The position numbers were made by a program, and so were the translations under genes. This document shows, in pieces, positions 39,529 through 49,511 of a DNA stretch of 64,000 nt. The first letter of the stretch is position 1. Every line of letters starts with the position of its first letter. Below the pieces are notes generated by a model. It was not told where the DNA came from, did not search any database, and saw only the letters and a list, made by a program, of their open reading frames with translations. Origin of the DNA: Candidatus Cloacimonadales bacterium (GTDB lineage: Bacteria; Cloacimonadota; Cloacimonadia; Cloacimonadales; JAFGVF01); NCBI GenBank assembly GCA_963678315.1, contig OY782781.1, positions 288,001-352,000 of the forward strand, read 5' to 3'.

Positions 39529-39555
39529 CTATATACTCCGAAATAATACTTTTTT

Positions 39556-40545
39556 TTAGAATTGATATTTTACTGTTACTTGATTAACAAAACCTAAGTC
39601 ACCATAAGAATTTATTGCATAATCAATTTTTATATTGTTTCTTACAAAACCTACACCTGTGGATAAACCTGACATTGCTTCATAATCGCCACCAGTTTTC
39701 CAGTCGTCTGAGTTGCTTTTATAACCCAATCTTACAAAGAACATTTTATGAACATGGATATCAGCGCCTAAAACACCATAAAAATCACTACCTTTAGGCA
39801 TATTAACATCAAGAGCTAAAAGCATAGTTGGCTTAAATCCATCTTTATTTATTTTTTTACTTAAATCAAACCTATATGATATACCACCTGAATAAGTCAT
39901 AGGCAAATTCTCTTTATACTCATCATCAGAAAAATAAGTAAGCTGACTTCCTAAATTCTTGATTGATGCTCCCACTCTCATTCTCTCATTGGCAGGTCTA
40001 TGCAGAAGGCCCAAATCAAAAGCTATAGCTGATGCATCATTACCATCAATTGATTCCATAATATACTTAGCATTAACACCTAGATTAATCGCTTCATTAA
40101 AATAATATGAATAGTTTGCACCTATAGTCAGATCTGAGGATGTGAATGTTCCATCTTCATAATACCCACCAGAAGCAGACTCTACTGTCTTAGTAATTTC
40201 ATCACTAGCCAAATACTGAGTAAAAAAAGCTACATTCGCCTTTTTTGATCTTGCAAACTGATAAACAAGTGAACCACCATTATATCCATCAAAATAGTTC
40301 ATAAATGTTGTAGAAACTTCTCTCTTATTCTTGTACCTTGCTAAGTTAGCAGGATTATAGAAAACTGCATCTATATCATCATCAAGTGATGTAAAAGCAC
40401 CACCCATTGAATTTGCCCTTGCTGAATATACTATCTTTAAGCTGTTAAATCCTGTAGTTCCTGCATCATCACTTATTCCCAATAAAGTACCCACCAACAT
40501 AACCAAAGTTATTGTAATTATAGCTTTCATAATCCTATTCATCAA
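39556..40545 (-). CDS. PorV/PorQ-family outer-membrane beta-barrel protein
   Basis: ARANSMGGAF, AVFYNPANL, DLGLL, KNLG, RLGY, IDYA...YGDLG; terminal Phe. Confidence 0.82.
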   Translation of the reverse strand: MMNRIMKAIITITLVMLVGTLLGISDDAGTTGFNSLKIVYSARANSMGGAFTSLDDDIDAVFYNPANLARYKNKREVSTTFMNYFDGYNGGSLVYQFARSKKANVAFFTQYLASDEITKTVESASGGYYEDGTFTSSDLTIGANYSYYFNEAINLGVNAKYIMESIDGNDASAIAFDLGLLHRPANERMRVGASIKNLGSQLTYFSDDEYKENLPMTYSGGISYRFDLSKKINKDGFKPTMLLALDVNMPKGSDFYGVLGADIHVHKMFFVRLGYKSNSDDWKTGGDYEAMSGLSTGVGFVRNNIKIDYAINSYGDLGFVNQVTVKYQF

Positions 40546-40984
40546 TCACTTCCCTCATTATCCTAATAATTTCAGATTTATCTTTTGATGAGATTAGCCT
40601 TTTACGCTTATCATCTTGTCTAACTATTGAATTTACCTTGCCTAACAATGTTCTATATTCATCATCAGCCCCGATTGGAACTGCTGATAAAAAGATTAAA
40701 TTAACCGGCTCATCATCTATTGCTTCGTAATCTACCCCTTGAGGGACTACCCCAATAAACAACTTAACAGAATCCACTGTCCCACTCTTACCGTGTGGGA
40801 AAGCTGTATTTCTACCTAAACCTGTCGTCATTTCCTCTTCTCGTGACCAAACAGCCTTAAAAAGCTCTTCCCCCGATGAGCTAAAACCTGCCTCTTCGAC
40901 ATATTGGCATATTCGGCGTAGAATCTCTTCCTTATTTGAAGCTTCTAAATCAACTTTTATTATTTTTTCATCTATATATTTCAT
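40535..40984 (-). CDS. PTS EIIA (Ntr/Fru-type) domain protein
   Basis: RE...TTGLG...AFPHGK phospho-His motif; GVDYEAIDDEPVNLIFL. Confidence 0.88.
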   Translation of the reverse strand: MKYIDEKIIKVDLEASNKEEILRRICQYVEEAGFSSSGEELFKAVWSREEEMTTGLGRNTAFPHGKSGTVDSVKLFIGVVPQGVDYEAIDDEPVNLIFLSAVPIGADDEYRTLLGKVNSIVRQDDKRKRLISSKDKSEIIRIMREVIDE

Positions 40985-41119
40985 AATTTTTCAAAATACA
41001 TCTTTTCTTAGAAGATATGTAACGTCAATATTTTTCTGTAGCATCAACTTATAAAAGCTTATTTTAGCTTATTTGCTAACAACATTTGATGGAGCTGGAG
41101 TGTAAACATTCACCATCAA

Positions 41120-41802
41120 AAGCCAGCAAGATGCTGGCGTTCCGACTAATTCAGGCTCTAATCAACCACCTTCAGTCTAAAAAGAACTACATAATTTATT
41201 AGTCCTGAAAGGATGTCATGTATTAAGCTAGGGCCGTGTCAGGCTTTGACTGAGTCTTGTACCCCATGTACAATGAAATAATGTATTGAGTCCTGAAGGG
41301 ACGATATAAATTTTTAGTATGTCTTAGACGATGCAAAATTGATAATCCTTTACATCATTCTTGTTGAATGATGTTTCGCAAGCAGGGACTGTGACAGGCG
41401 AAGACTGTTGCCTGCAAGCCTCTTCTGGGGTGCATTCAATCGTCTTCGCCGATCACGGTCCCTTCTGAATGCGCATCTTTAAACATGCCTGCATGGTTAA
41501 AGGTTAAAGAGAAAATCCTTTACATCATTCTTGTTGAATGATGTTTCGCAAGCAGGGACTGTGACCGGCGTAGACTGTTGCTTGCAACCCAAAACCACTT
41601 CGCAGACAAGGACCGTGTCAGGCCAGACTGATGGTTTAAATCTCAAATCCTTTGATACCCTGTAAGGGTTAATCAACAAAGAGCCCTGGGTCTCAACCCT
41701 GGGTGAAAATAGAAGTGCTTGAGACGTTATGCTAAAACGTCTCTTCTAATTCACTTATAACTGCGTTCTAAGTGAAGCCAGCAAGCTGCTGGCGCTCCCA
41801 GT
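41120..41802. repeat. Mosaic REP-like palindrome island 3
   Basis: AGCCAGC...GCTGGCG (41121); GTCCTGAAAGGA / GTCCTGAAGGGAC (41202, 41290); ~75-bp direct repeats at 41344 and 41514 with an inverted GGGACCGTGATCGGCGAAGAC unit between them; ~195-bp block 41610-41802. Confidence 0.85.
41610..41802 (+). repeat. Left ~195-bp direct repeat flanking the GLUG gene
   Basis: Aligns with 47306-47502 at roughly 90% identity by eye, including a 63-bp exact run (41629-41691). Confidence 0.9.
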
Positions 41803-41816
41803 GTCACCTAACAAAT

Positions 41817-41842
41817 AAAGGCAACCTTTTACAGTTGCCTTT
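41817..41842 (-). terminator. Terminator of the GLUG-repeat gene
   Basis: AAAGGCAAC-tgtaaaag-GTTGCCTTT followed by ATTTGTT. Confidence 0.7.
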
Positions 41843-41866
41843 GCACAATAAACAGGGAGATGTTTA

Positions 41867-44800
41867 TTATTTTTTTGCTCTATTTGTTTTTACATTACCA
41901 ATTATTATCTTTTCAATCTCTTCTTGACTCACCTTTCTCTTTTGTGATGTAAGCTGGTTTATACGAGCTAATACCACATTATCAACATCAACATAAGCCT
42001 TTACTCTGTAGAACATATAATCACTAAAAGCTCCCACATTAACATGAGTGTAACTTAAGTCTGTTGTTGTAGCTAAGAAATAGAAGTCTTCATCAGCACT
42101 AGTATTCTGTCCATTGAAGTAAACAATATACATATCAGGTGTGATAGGGTTGTTTGCTATATCCTCAGTAACAGCATCCCAACTTATTTGAGCTGTAGTT
42201 GAAGACATAGTCAATTGCACATTTTCTGGATTTGCAGGTGGGAGATATTGACCGACACCATGTAATTGAATTACTAAAGAAGACTCATTACTAGAATTGT
42301 TTTCAATCAATAGTGTGCCATTATAGGTCTGAACTTGATCAGGTGTGAAATTAACATCTATTATGAAAGTAGCATTAGCTCCTACAAGCATATCACCACT
42401 ATCATAAACTAGGTCAAAAGCTAAGTTGTCACAAGTAATATTGCTTATTTCCAAAGGACCATTACCAATATTTGTGATTTCAATGGATGTGTAATCACTT
42501 GAATTTGTTAGATAAACTATTCCAAAATCTATCTGACTAGCAAGACTACTTTCAATAAGAGACTCTTTAATAACTTCATTTGATATTACAGGCTCAGCCA
42601 ATCTATTGTTGCTATAAACAACTTCCACTGCCCAATAATAATCGCCTAATTCTAATGTAGGAAAAGAAGTATCTTCATAAGTCAATTCTGTAATATTACT
42701 AGCAACTAATGTCCAGTTTTCAGGATTCTCTGCTTCTTCTCCAAGATAAGAATATAAGTTATAAGCTACAGCAGGTCCTCCTGTCCTTAAATCTCTTTTA
42801 CTTGCTTTGCCCTGTCTTGATGTCTTTTGCCAAGACTTACTTGCTTTTGATTGACTTTCCATTCTTGCTAATTGAGGAGCTTGCCATGATAGCTGAACTC
42901 CACTTAAATCATCATTAACTACAGCAAGAAGATTACTAGCAGGCAATAATTCTTCAAGAAGTGTCACTTCTAAGAAATTATCTTGTCCCTCTAAAACTTC
43001 AAATTCAACAACTTGCTCCTCATACCAAGGAGCTGAAACAGTTATGTTGTAGCTTGTTGCCTGAGCATTATATATATTAAATTGGCCAAGACTATTTGTG
43101 GAATAATTTCCCAGTCCAGATACATTTATGCTTGCATCAGTAATCATTTCTCCTAGACTATTCTTTACAAGACCAGTGAAATTTGTTGTTGAATTACTAA
43201 AAGTGAAATTAATTTTTGGTATAGAAGTTGATAGTTGACCACCATAAGGAATATTGGGATTTGGAGTAGTGGTATCATGCCCAAAAGATAAAGATCTATT
43301 ATTTCCACTATCAACAGTGTAGAAGTCATAATAAGTTGAATATTCTGAACTATATTCCAGGACACCTACTATTATATTATCTATATTGTTGTAGGCAAAA
43401 GGTGAATCTAGTTCTACATCAATCCAGCCAACACTAGTCAAAGTATCTACTGTAATATTAGCTACTTGTGTAAGACCCTGACTAGCCAACAGCCAATCAT
43501 TCTCTGAATCAAACTCACTCTTATTTGTATGTCCTATATATACTTTCCATTCATTAGACCCTACCAAATTACAATGATCTGTAAGATAGAAGGATAGTTT
43601 TTCAATATGTCTGTTGCCAAGATTAAGTTCTGACTGCAAGTAAATTGACTGACTATATGATCTCTTCATTTCAGGATTAATAGGTAGTGGAACATTAGTA
43701 TCCTCGCCACATCCTACACTTACTATGTTAGCTGAGCCAGTAGTAAAAGACCAGATTGGGCAATCTTCAGCATCACCATTTTCATTATAAGGGATGACCT
43801 GCCAATAGTATGTGCTATTAGCTTGGAGATTAGAAAACTCATAACTATAAACTAAACCCAAATCTTGGTTATTAATTACATTTGTTGGTGGATTATCAGT
43901 ACCCAGACTTATTCTGTAACCACTTGTATTTTCAAGATAATCATAATCCCATAGTAAGTTATCATTGAGAGATACATTATTTAGTTCATTACTTGGAGAA
44001 ATATTTATTGCATGAAGAAGTAAATCTATATTGCTATTAGCAAAGAAGGGATAAGCTCCATTAAAACTTGGATGGATGCACCAAATCTCATCACTTCCGT
44101 TTACTTCTTCTCCAATGAAATCCCAACCTGCATCTAAATATGTGTATAAACTCTTCATTTCATCTGTCGATAAGCCACTACCCCCTGCACTACTTGTTTG
44201 TCCAGAAGTCTCAATATCCCAGAAAGAGTTGTTACTTGAGCTATCATTGTTATAGCCAATTAAGCCACCGACATTACTATTACTATTACCAGTAACTAAC
44301 CCTGTTGAATAAGAATTTGCAATTGTTGAATGATAATATTGATAACCTACCATACCACCTACATTGTAATTTCCATTAACCGTTCCTGTTGTATAAGAAT
44401 TTGCAATTGTTGAATGATAATATTGATAACCTACCATACCACCTACATTGTAATTTCCATTAACTGTTCCTGTTGTATAAGAATTAGAAATTGTTGAATA
44501 ATTACCTTGATAACCTACTAAGCCACCGACCCGTCCGTTACCTTCAATATTACAATTGTCTAGACCTAGATTAGAGATATCAGCATATTCAATATAACCA
44601 AATAATCCAATATAATTTGATTCAGGTCTATTGATAGAGAGGTTAGAAATTGTGTGCCCTTGACCATCATAAGATCCTGTAAATCGATTACTATAACTAT
44701 AACCAATCGGAGAAAAGCCCAAGCCATCATATAACTCAGAAGTTGGAGATGCTTCAATATCAGCTGTTTGCAGGAAGTGTTTATCCCTGAAATAAGTATC

Positions 44801-46960
44801 TGAAGACATTCTCATCAAACAATCAAGATTTTTTATAGTGTAAGGATTATCTTCTGTCCCTAAACCATCCATTTCAGGTCTTGTTTCAAAAGTAAAATCA
44901 AAGCTTGTAGCATTGTAGTTTTCATCATACAAAAGAACTGTCCAATAATAATCAGTATAATATTCCAAGGAGTCTGTAAAAGAATAGCTTACTGGATTTG
45001 AAACAGGGCTAAAAGGTATGATAACATCATCAGGGTTAGGCGTAGGACCAAAATAAACTTCATAATATTGATAGTTATCAATAATTTCAAAACTAATGGT
45101 TGGTTTTAGTATTACATGATTACTATTGTTAGCAATTGATATATTGTTAATGTTTTGATAATAAAAAAATGGATAACCATTATTTATCCCACTATTCAAC
45201 ATCCAAATTGAATCAAAATCCCAATTTACATAAGTATCCTGATTTTGCATCTCTTCTGTAGTCTTTCCACTTCCTCCAGCACTAGAGCTTTGTCCTGAAG
45301 CCTCTATATCCCAGAAAGAGTTGTTACTTGAACTATCAGAGTTGTATCCAATTAAACCACCAACATTACCATTACCTGTAACAGCCCCAATTGAATAGGA
45401 ATTAGATATAGTTGAAAGAGATTGATATCCTACTAAGCCACCTACATAATCATCTCCTGATACTTGACCTGTTGAATAGGAATTAGAAATTGTATAAGAA
45501 GATTGATAACCTACTAAGCCACCTACATAATTATCACCTGCGACTTGACCTGTTGAATAAGAATTTGAAATTGTTGAATAAGATTGATTGCCTACTAAAC
45601 CGCCTACACGATTATCACCTTCAATATTACAATTATCTAGACCTAGATTAGAGATATCAGCTCCAATAGTATAACCAAACAAACCAACATAACTTGTTTC
45701 AGGTCTATTGATATAGAGGTTAGAAATTGTGTGATCTTGTCCATCATAAGTACCTGTAAATTTTGTTGAAGAATTGCCTATTGGAGAAAAGCCAGCTCCC
45801 TCACTTAAGTCTGATGTTGTGGAAGCATCAATGTCTGTTGTTTGGATATAGTGTTTATCCCAATAAAGGCTATTTTCCGAAACAAAGATTAGTTGGTCCA
45901 AAGTTGATATTTGATAAGGATCTGCTTCTGTACCTGACCCTAGGTTAGGATCCCACTGAGTTGTAAAAGACCAGATTTCAGATTCAGTTTCAATATTTGA
46001 AGTGTTATTAACTGCAACTACTTTCCAATAGTAAGTATTCAGGTATTCTAGTTGAGAATAATCATAGAGAGATAGGGCATTATCAACAACAACGGCATTG
46101 TTAAAGTCACTATTGTCTGCCAAGTATAAGGTGCATCTATCAGTATTTTCACTCGTAGTCCACTCTAATGAGCCAGTATTAGCTTGATTTTGTGCGCCAT
46201 TTCCAGGTAATGTTAAAACAGGCTCATCTGGAGTATTAGGGTTAATCATAGTTGAAAAAGACCAGACTCCAGATTCTGTTTCAATATTTGAGCTGTTATT
46301 AATCGCCACAACCTTCCAATAGTAAGTAGTCAGATAATCAAGTTGAGGATAATTATACGGAGATAGGGCATTTTCAACAACAATTGCATTGTTAAAGTCA
46401 CTATTGTCTGCCAAGTATAAGGTGCAACTATCAGTATTATCACCAGTTGTCCATTCTAATGAGCCAGTTAGAGCTTGGTTAAGAACAACATTTTCTGGAG
46501 ATGTAAGAATAGGTATATTTGGTGAATTTTGCATAATAGGAAACTGGATAACTTCTGAATAAGTTAGTGATGAACCACTTGCAGGCTTAGCAATTTCAAT
46601 TATATCAGATGTGTCTCCATTAACTGTAGTAATTTGGAACTTTGCTGTTGTCCCGAAAACTCCCCAAATGTCAAGGTCTGCCATTTGAACAGATAATTGG
46701 CCGGTAGTTTCGTCATAAAAAGTTGTCGAGGTATATGCATTTTCTGTGTCAGGCCAATTCCAATAGATTACTGGATTAGGTTCAAACATATCACCACCCA
46801 TAAACCCATTGTACTGCCATACTTTGAGTCCGAAAGATCCTTCACTTGGAAAGTTTCCTGATAGTGTTTCAACATTAAAAATAACATTAAAAGGTGTTCC
46901 AATACCCCAAATAAAAACAGTAATTGAGCTTAATACTAAAAGCAAAATAGTCTTCTTCAT
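41867..46960 (-). CDS. Large secreted GLUG-repeat surface protein (FN3-like units, two GLUG beta-helix regions, carboxypeptidase-regulatory-like and ASH/choice-of-anchor D-like domains)
   Basis: Likely start MKKTILL at 46960 with AGGAGG; GSGTEADPYQI / GLGTEDNPYTI openers, F.PIG...FTG.YDGQ.HTISNL, many VGGLVGY...NSYSTG.V repeats, SFWDIE.SGQ; YYWKVVA FN3 units; IDFG.V...I.N.G.GPL.I. Confidence 0.85.
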   Translation of the reverse strand: MKKTILLLVLSSITVFIWGIGTPFNVIFNVETLSGNFPSEGSFGLKVWQYNGFMGGDMFEPNPVIYWNWPDTENAYTSTTFYDETTGQLSVQMADLDIWGVFGTTAKFQITTVNGDTSDIIEIAKPASGSSLTYSEVIQFPIMQNSPNIPILTSPENVVLNQALTGSLEWTTGDNTDSCTLYLADNSDFNNAIVVENALSPYNYPQLDYLTTYYWKVVAINNSSNIETESGVWSFSTMINPNTPDEPVLTLPGNGAQNQANTGSLEWTTSENTDRCTLYLADNSDFNNAVVVDNALSLYDYSQLEYLNTYYWKVVAVNNTSNIETESEIWSFTTQWDPNLGSGTEADPYQISTLDQLIFVSENSLYWDKHYIQTTDIDASTTSDLSEGAGFSPIGNSSTKFTGTYDGQDHTISNLYINRPETSYVGLFGYTIGADISNLGLDNCNIEGDNRVGGLVGNQSYSTISNSYSTGQVAGDNYVGGLVGYQSSYTISNSYSTGQVSGDDYVGGLVGYQSLSTISNSYSIGAVTGNGNVGGLIGYNSDSSSNNSFWDIEASGQSSSAGGSGKTTEEMQNQDTYVNWDFDSIWMLNSGINNGYPFFYYQNINNISIANNSNHVILKPTISFEIIDNYQYYEVYFGPTPNPDDVIIPFSPVSNPVSYSFTDSLEYYTDYYWTVLLYDENYNATSFDFTFETRPEMDGLGTEDNPYTIKNLDCLMRMSSDTYFRDKHFLQTADIEASPTSELYDGLGFSPIGYSYSNRFTGSYDGQGHTISNLSINRPESNYIGLFGYIEYADISNLGLDNCNIEGNGRVGGLVGYQGNYSTISNSYTTGTVNGNYNVGGMVGYQYYHSTIANSYTTGTVNGNYNVGGMVGYQYYHSTIANSYSTGLVTGNSNSNVGGLIGYNNDSSSNNSFWDIETSGQTSSAGGSGLSTDEMKSLYTYLDAGWDFIGEEVNGSDEIWCIHPSFNGAYPFFANSNIDLLLHAINISPSNELNNVSLNDNLLWDYDYLENTSGYRISLGTDNPPTNVINNQDLGLVYSYEFSNLQANSTYYWQVIPYNENGDAEDCPIWSFTTGSANIVSVGCGEDTNVPLPINPEMKRSYSQSIYLQSELNLGNRHIEKLSFYLTDHCNLVGSNEWKVYIGHTNKSEFDSENDWLLASQGLTQVANITVDTLTSVGWIDVELDSPFAYNNIDNIIVGVLEYSSEYSTYYDFYTVDSGNNRSLSFGHDTTTPNPNIPYGGQLSTSIPKINFTFSNSTTNFTGLVKNSLGEMITDASINVSGLGNYSTNSLGQFNIYNAQATSYNITVSAPWYEEQVVEFEVLEGQDNFLEVTLLEELLPASNLLAVVNDDLSGVQLSWQAPQLARMESQSKASKSWQKTSRQGKASKRDLRTGGPAVAYNLYSYLGEEAENPENWTLVASNITELTYEDTSFPTLELGDYYWAVEVVYSNNRLAEPVISNEVIKESLIESSLASQIDFGIVYLTNSSDYTSIEITNIGNGPLEISNITCDNLAFDLVYDSGDMLVGANATFIIDVNFTPDQVQTYNGTLLIENNSSNESSLVIQLHGVGQYLPPANPENVQLTMSSTTAQISWDAVTEDIANNPITPDMYIVYFNGQNTSADEDFYFLATTTDLSYTHVNVGAFSDYMFYRVKAYVDVDNVVLARINQLTSQKRKVSQEEIEKIIIGNVKTNRAKK

Positions 46961-47238
46961 ATATCCTCCTAAGATAGAAAAGTCCATATTTTTTATTATA
47001 TTTTCTTTGTTATCATGTATGCCAGGTTTCTTTAAATGAGGTAGAGACATGGTAACTCCTGTATATTAATTACTATAAAATGTCATTCTTGAATGCTTGT
47101 CAATAGAAATATTTAAACTATTGTAAATATTATTTGACTTTGTTAAATGTTCTATTTTTCAACTATTCATTGTTCATTATTAAATCATGGTTAAAGGTGG
47201 AAATATTCTTCTTAGGGCATGCTTTGTTTATTGTTTCT

Positions 47239-47620
47239 AATTCACTTATAACTGCGTTCTAAGTGAAGCCAGCTCGGAGGCTGGCGACCCCAGTATAAGC
47301 CAGCAGGACCTTGTCAGGCTAGATTGATGGTTTAAATCTCAAATCCTTTGATACCCTGTAAGGGTTAATCAACAAAGAGCCCTGGGTTTCAACCCTGGGT
47401 GAGAATAGAAGTGTTTGAGACCTTATGCTAAACGTCTATTCTTATTCACTTATTAACAACTGCGTTCTAAGTGAAGCCAGCAGGGACGCTGGCGCTCCCA
47501 GTATTAGCCAGCTATCCGGCAGTAGCCGGACTAAAGGCAAAGCGTTCCCAGTCACTCCTAACTCCGTCCTTACTTGCCTCTTTAAAAAAAAGACGATTTT
47601 TCAATGAGGCTAGTAACCGT
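47239..47620. repeat. Mosaic REP-like palindrome island 4
   Basis: Two TTCACTTA...TAAGTGAAGCCAGC...GCTGGCG..CCCAGT units (47241, 47445); TCCGGC-agta-GCCGGA; CCTTACTTGCCTC...GAGGCTAGTAA (47568-47616, inverse of the 7141/19026 family). Confidence 0.85.
47306..47502 (+). repeat. Right ~195-bp direct repeat flanking the GLUG gene
   Basis: Direct copy of 41610-41802. Confidence 0.9.
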
Positions 47621-47766
47621 GTAGTAACCTTTCTAAAAAAAACAACTAGCTTTACGGATAGTATCCCCTTCCAGCCACTATTGCTTAAGGTTGAACTTTG
47701 CTAATTTTATTTGACAGTCCAAAATCATCATTGATAATTGACATATTACAAGATTTGGGAGAAGTA

Positions 47767-49428
47767 ATGAAACATAAAATTTTACTGTTATTGTTATTGC
47801 TTATATTGGGTCCATGCTTTGCAAAACAATACTACATAGATAATTTAGAAAGTGATATATATATCAATATTGATGGTTCAATGCGTGTTTATGAGAAACT
47901 TTCTTATGTTTTTGAGAGCGGTTCTTTTAGATATATAAGTAGGGATGTTTCGGCACCAAGGGATGGTTTTAATTTACTGGAAGAAGTAAAAGTTGATGGA
48001 CAAGTAATTCCCTTTCACGATAATTCTGAGGAAATTGAATATCGACGTTCACCCCATTTAAAGGTCAAATACCACTTTGATGCTATATCTAAGGCTAAAA
48101 AAGAATTTGAGTTAACTTATTTTGTGGGAAATGCTATCAAGATTAATCATGACCAAGCTATCTTAGATTGGCGAATTTTCAGGAATAAAAAGAATAATAT
48201 TGTCCGCAATGGAATTGTTAGAGTTCATATTCCTGAAGGTATAGACTTTGATGAGATAGTAAGTTATTGTAATTCAGAAGATGGTGTTACAACTATTGAA
48301 AGAGATTCTACTGTAACTTTTACTTTCAATGATTATAAGAAGAAAAGTTTATCTATTGAGATTCATATGCCTGCTAAGTACTTCAAAACAGTGAAATACC
48401 CAATACCTAATTCTTTAAAGAAGATGTATCAAATTGACCCTGATATGCGTAGGTATTCCAAGCAATATTTTAATGTTCTTTACTTTTTGCTAGCATACCT
48501 TGCTTTCATAATTTATTACATTTCTAGACAAGCTTATAAACGTTCAAAATCTATGCCAGAAATTACTAATCTACCTAACAATGACCACCCTTCTTTAGTT
48601 GCAAGATTACTAGTGCTAGGATCTAATGAGATTAATCTTATCCCTGTATTAATGCAGATGGCAATTAAAAAAATAATTACTTTTACTCAAATGGAAAAAG
48701 CTAATGGTAAGAAAATAAAAAATTATTGGATTGATATAAATGAAGATGCTAGTAATATTGATGTCTTTGATAAAGTTTATCTTGAAGCATTAAAAAAGGA
48801 AGGAGCTAGGAAGAATAAAAGAGTTGAGCTAAAGGCTTTTATTAACTCTTCTTCTCGATATAAAAAAGAAATAACAGCTGTTATAAAAGTTGAATTTGAT
48901 AAAAGAGCCTATATTGACACTCAGAAAAAGAAGTCTTTTAATATAGCTTTAACAATCTTCTTTTTACTATTATTTAGTCTGGTTGCTTCTTTAATAGCAG
49001 GATTAGCCATGTTCTCACCTGACAGACTACTTGCACCTTTACCTGCCCTTATCATTGCTTTTGCTTGGATAACTTCATTTCTATATATAGATGAATACAA
49101 AATACTTACACCAGCAGGTCAGGCTGAATGGTCCTCTTGGAAAGCATATAAGAAATACATCTCTAAGAAAATTAATAATAAAAAAAGTGACCTTTCACCT
49201 GAGAATGCTGAAAAGATTTTCCCATATCTCTTATTAATGGGATTAGGACAGCCTTATTTCAACTACTTCAAGAAAAAAGGGATTGCTTTAGACTTCCCTA
49301 ATTTAGGCGAGATTGCTCAAGACATGGAAGCAATGAATGCACTATTAACAGTTGTAGTTGTAACCAATATTTCTGCGACTTCAGGAGGCGTTTCTGGAGG
49401 AGGTGGAGGTGGAACAGGAGCAGGTTGA
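47767..49428 (+). CDS. DUF2207-family membrane protein
   Basis: Start MKHKILL; I.I..DGS.RV.E.L.Y.F N-terminus, several TM segments, LTPAG...W.AYKKY...PYL..MGL, Gly-rich C-terminus. Confidence 0.8.
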   Translation: MKHKILLLLLLLILGPCFAKQYYIDNLESDIYINIDGSMRVYEKLSYVFESGSFRYISRDVSAPRDGFNLLEEVKVDGQVIPFHDNSEEIEYRRSPHLKVKYHFDAISKAKKEFELTYFVGNAIKINHDQAILDWRIFRNKKNNIVRNGIVRVHIPEGIDFDEIVSYCNSEDGVTTIERDSTVTFTFNDYKKKSLSIEIHMPAKYFKTVKYPIPNSLKKMYQIDPDMRRYSKQYFNVLYFLLAYLAFIIYYISRQAYKRSKSMPEITNLPNNDHPSLVARLLVLGSNEINLIPVLMQMAIKKIITFTQMEKANGKKIKNYWIDINEDASNIDVFDKVYLEALKKEGARKNKRVELKAFINSSSRYKKEITAVIKVEFDKRAYIDTQKKKSFNIALTIFFLLLFSLVASLIAGLAMFSPDRLLAPLPALIIAFAWITSFLYIDEYKILTPAGQAEWSSWKAYKKYISKKINNKKSDLSPENAEKIFPYLLLMGLGQPYFNYFKKKGIALDFPNLGEIAQDMEAMNALLTVVVVTNISATSGGVSGGGGGGTGAG

Positions 49429-49511
49429 TTTAGTTTAAAGCAACAAAAAACTTGACTTTATTAGCAGACCATTAAAATAAGCGCTAAATAATTCAAAAAA
49501 GGAGAAAGCTT

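Noticed and set aside
41344..41590. Possible CRISPR array or IS ends from the 75-bp direct repeats
   Set aside because: Only two copies, too long for CRISPR repeats, and no cas or transposase ORF.
41867..46960. Diversity-generating retroelement target suggested by internal near-identical repeats
   Set aside because: No reverse transcriptase in the window and no adenine-specific mismatch pattern; the repeats are in-frame domain duplications.
46961..47050. Longer N-termini in the ORF track (also 6155-6190, 22133-22147, 27090-27113, 47698-47766)
   Set aside because: Downstream ATGs have well-spaced SD-like sequences, and most are followed directly by a signal peptide or TM segment.
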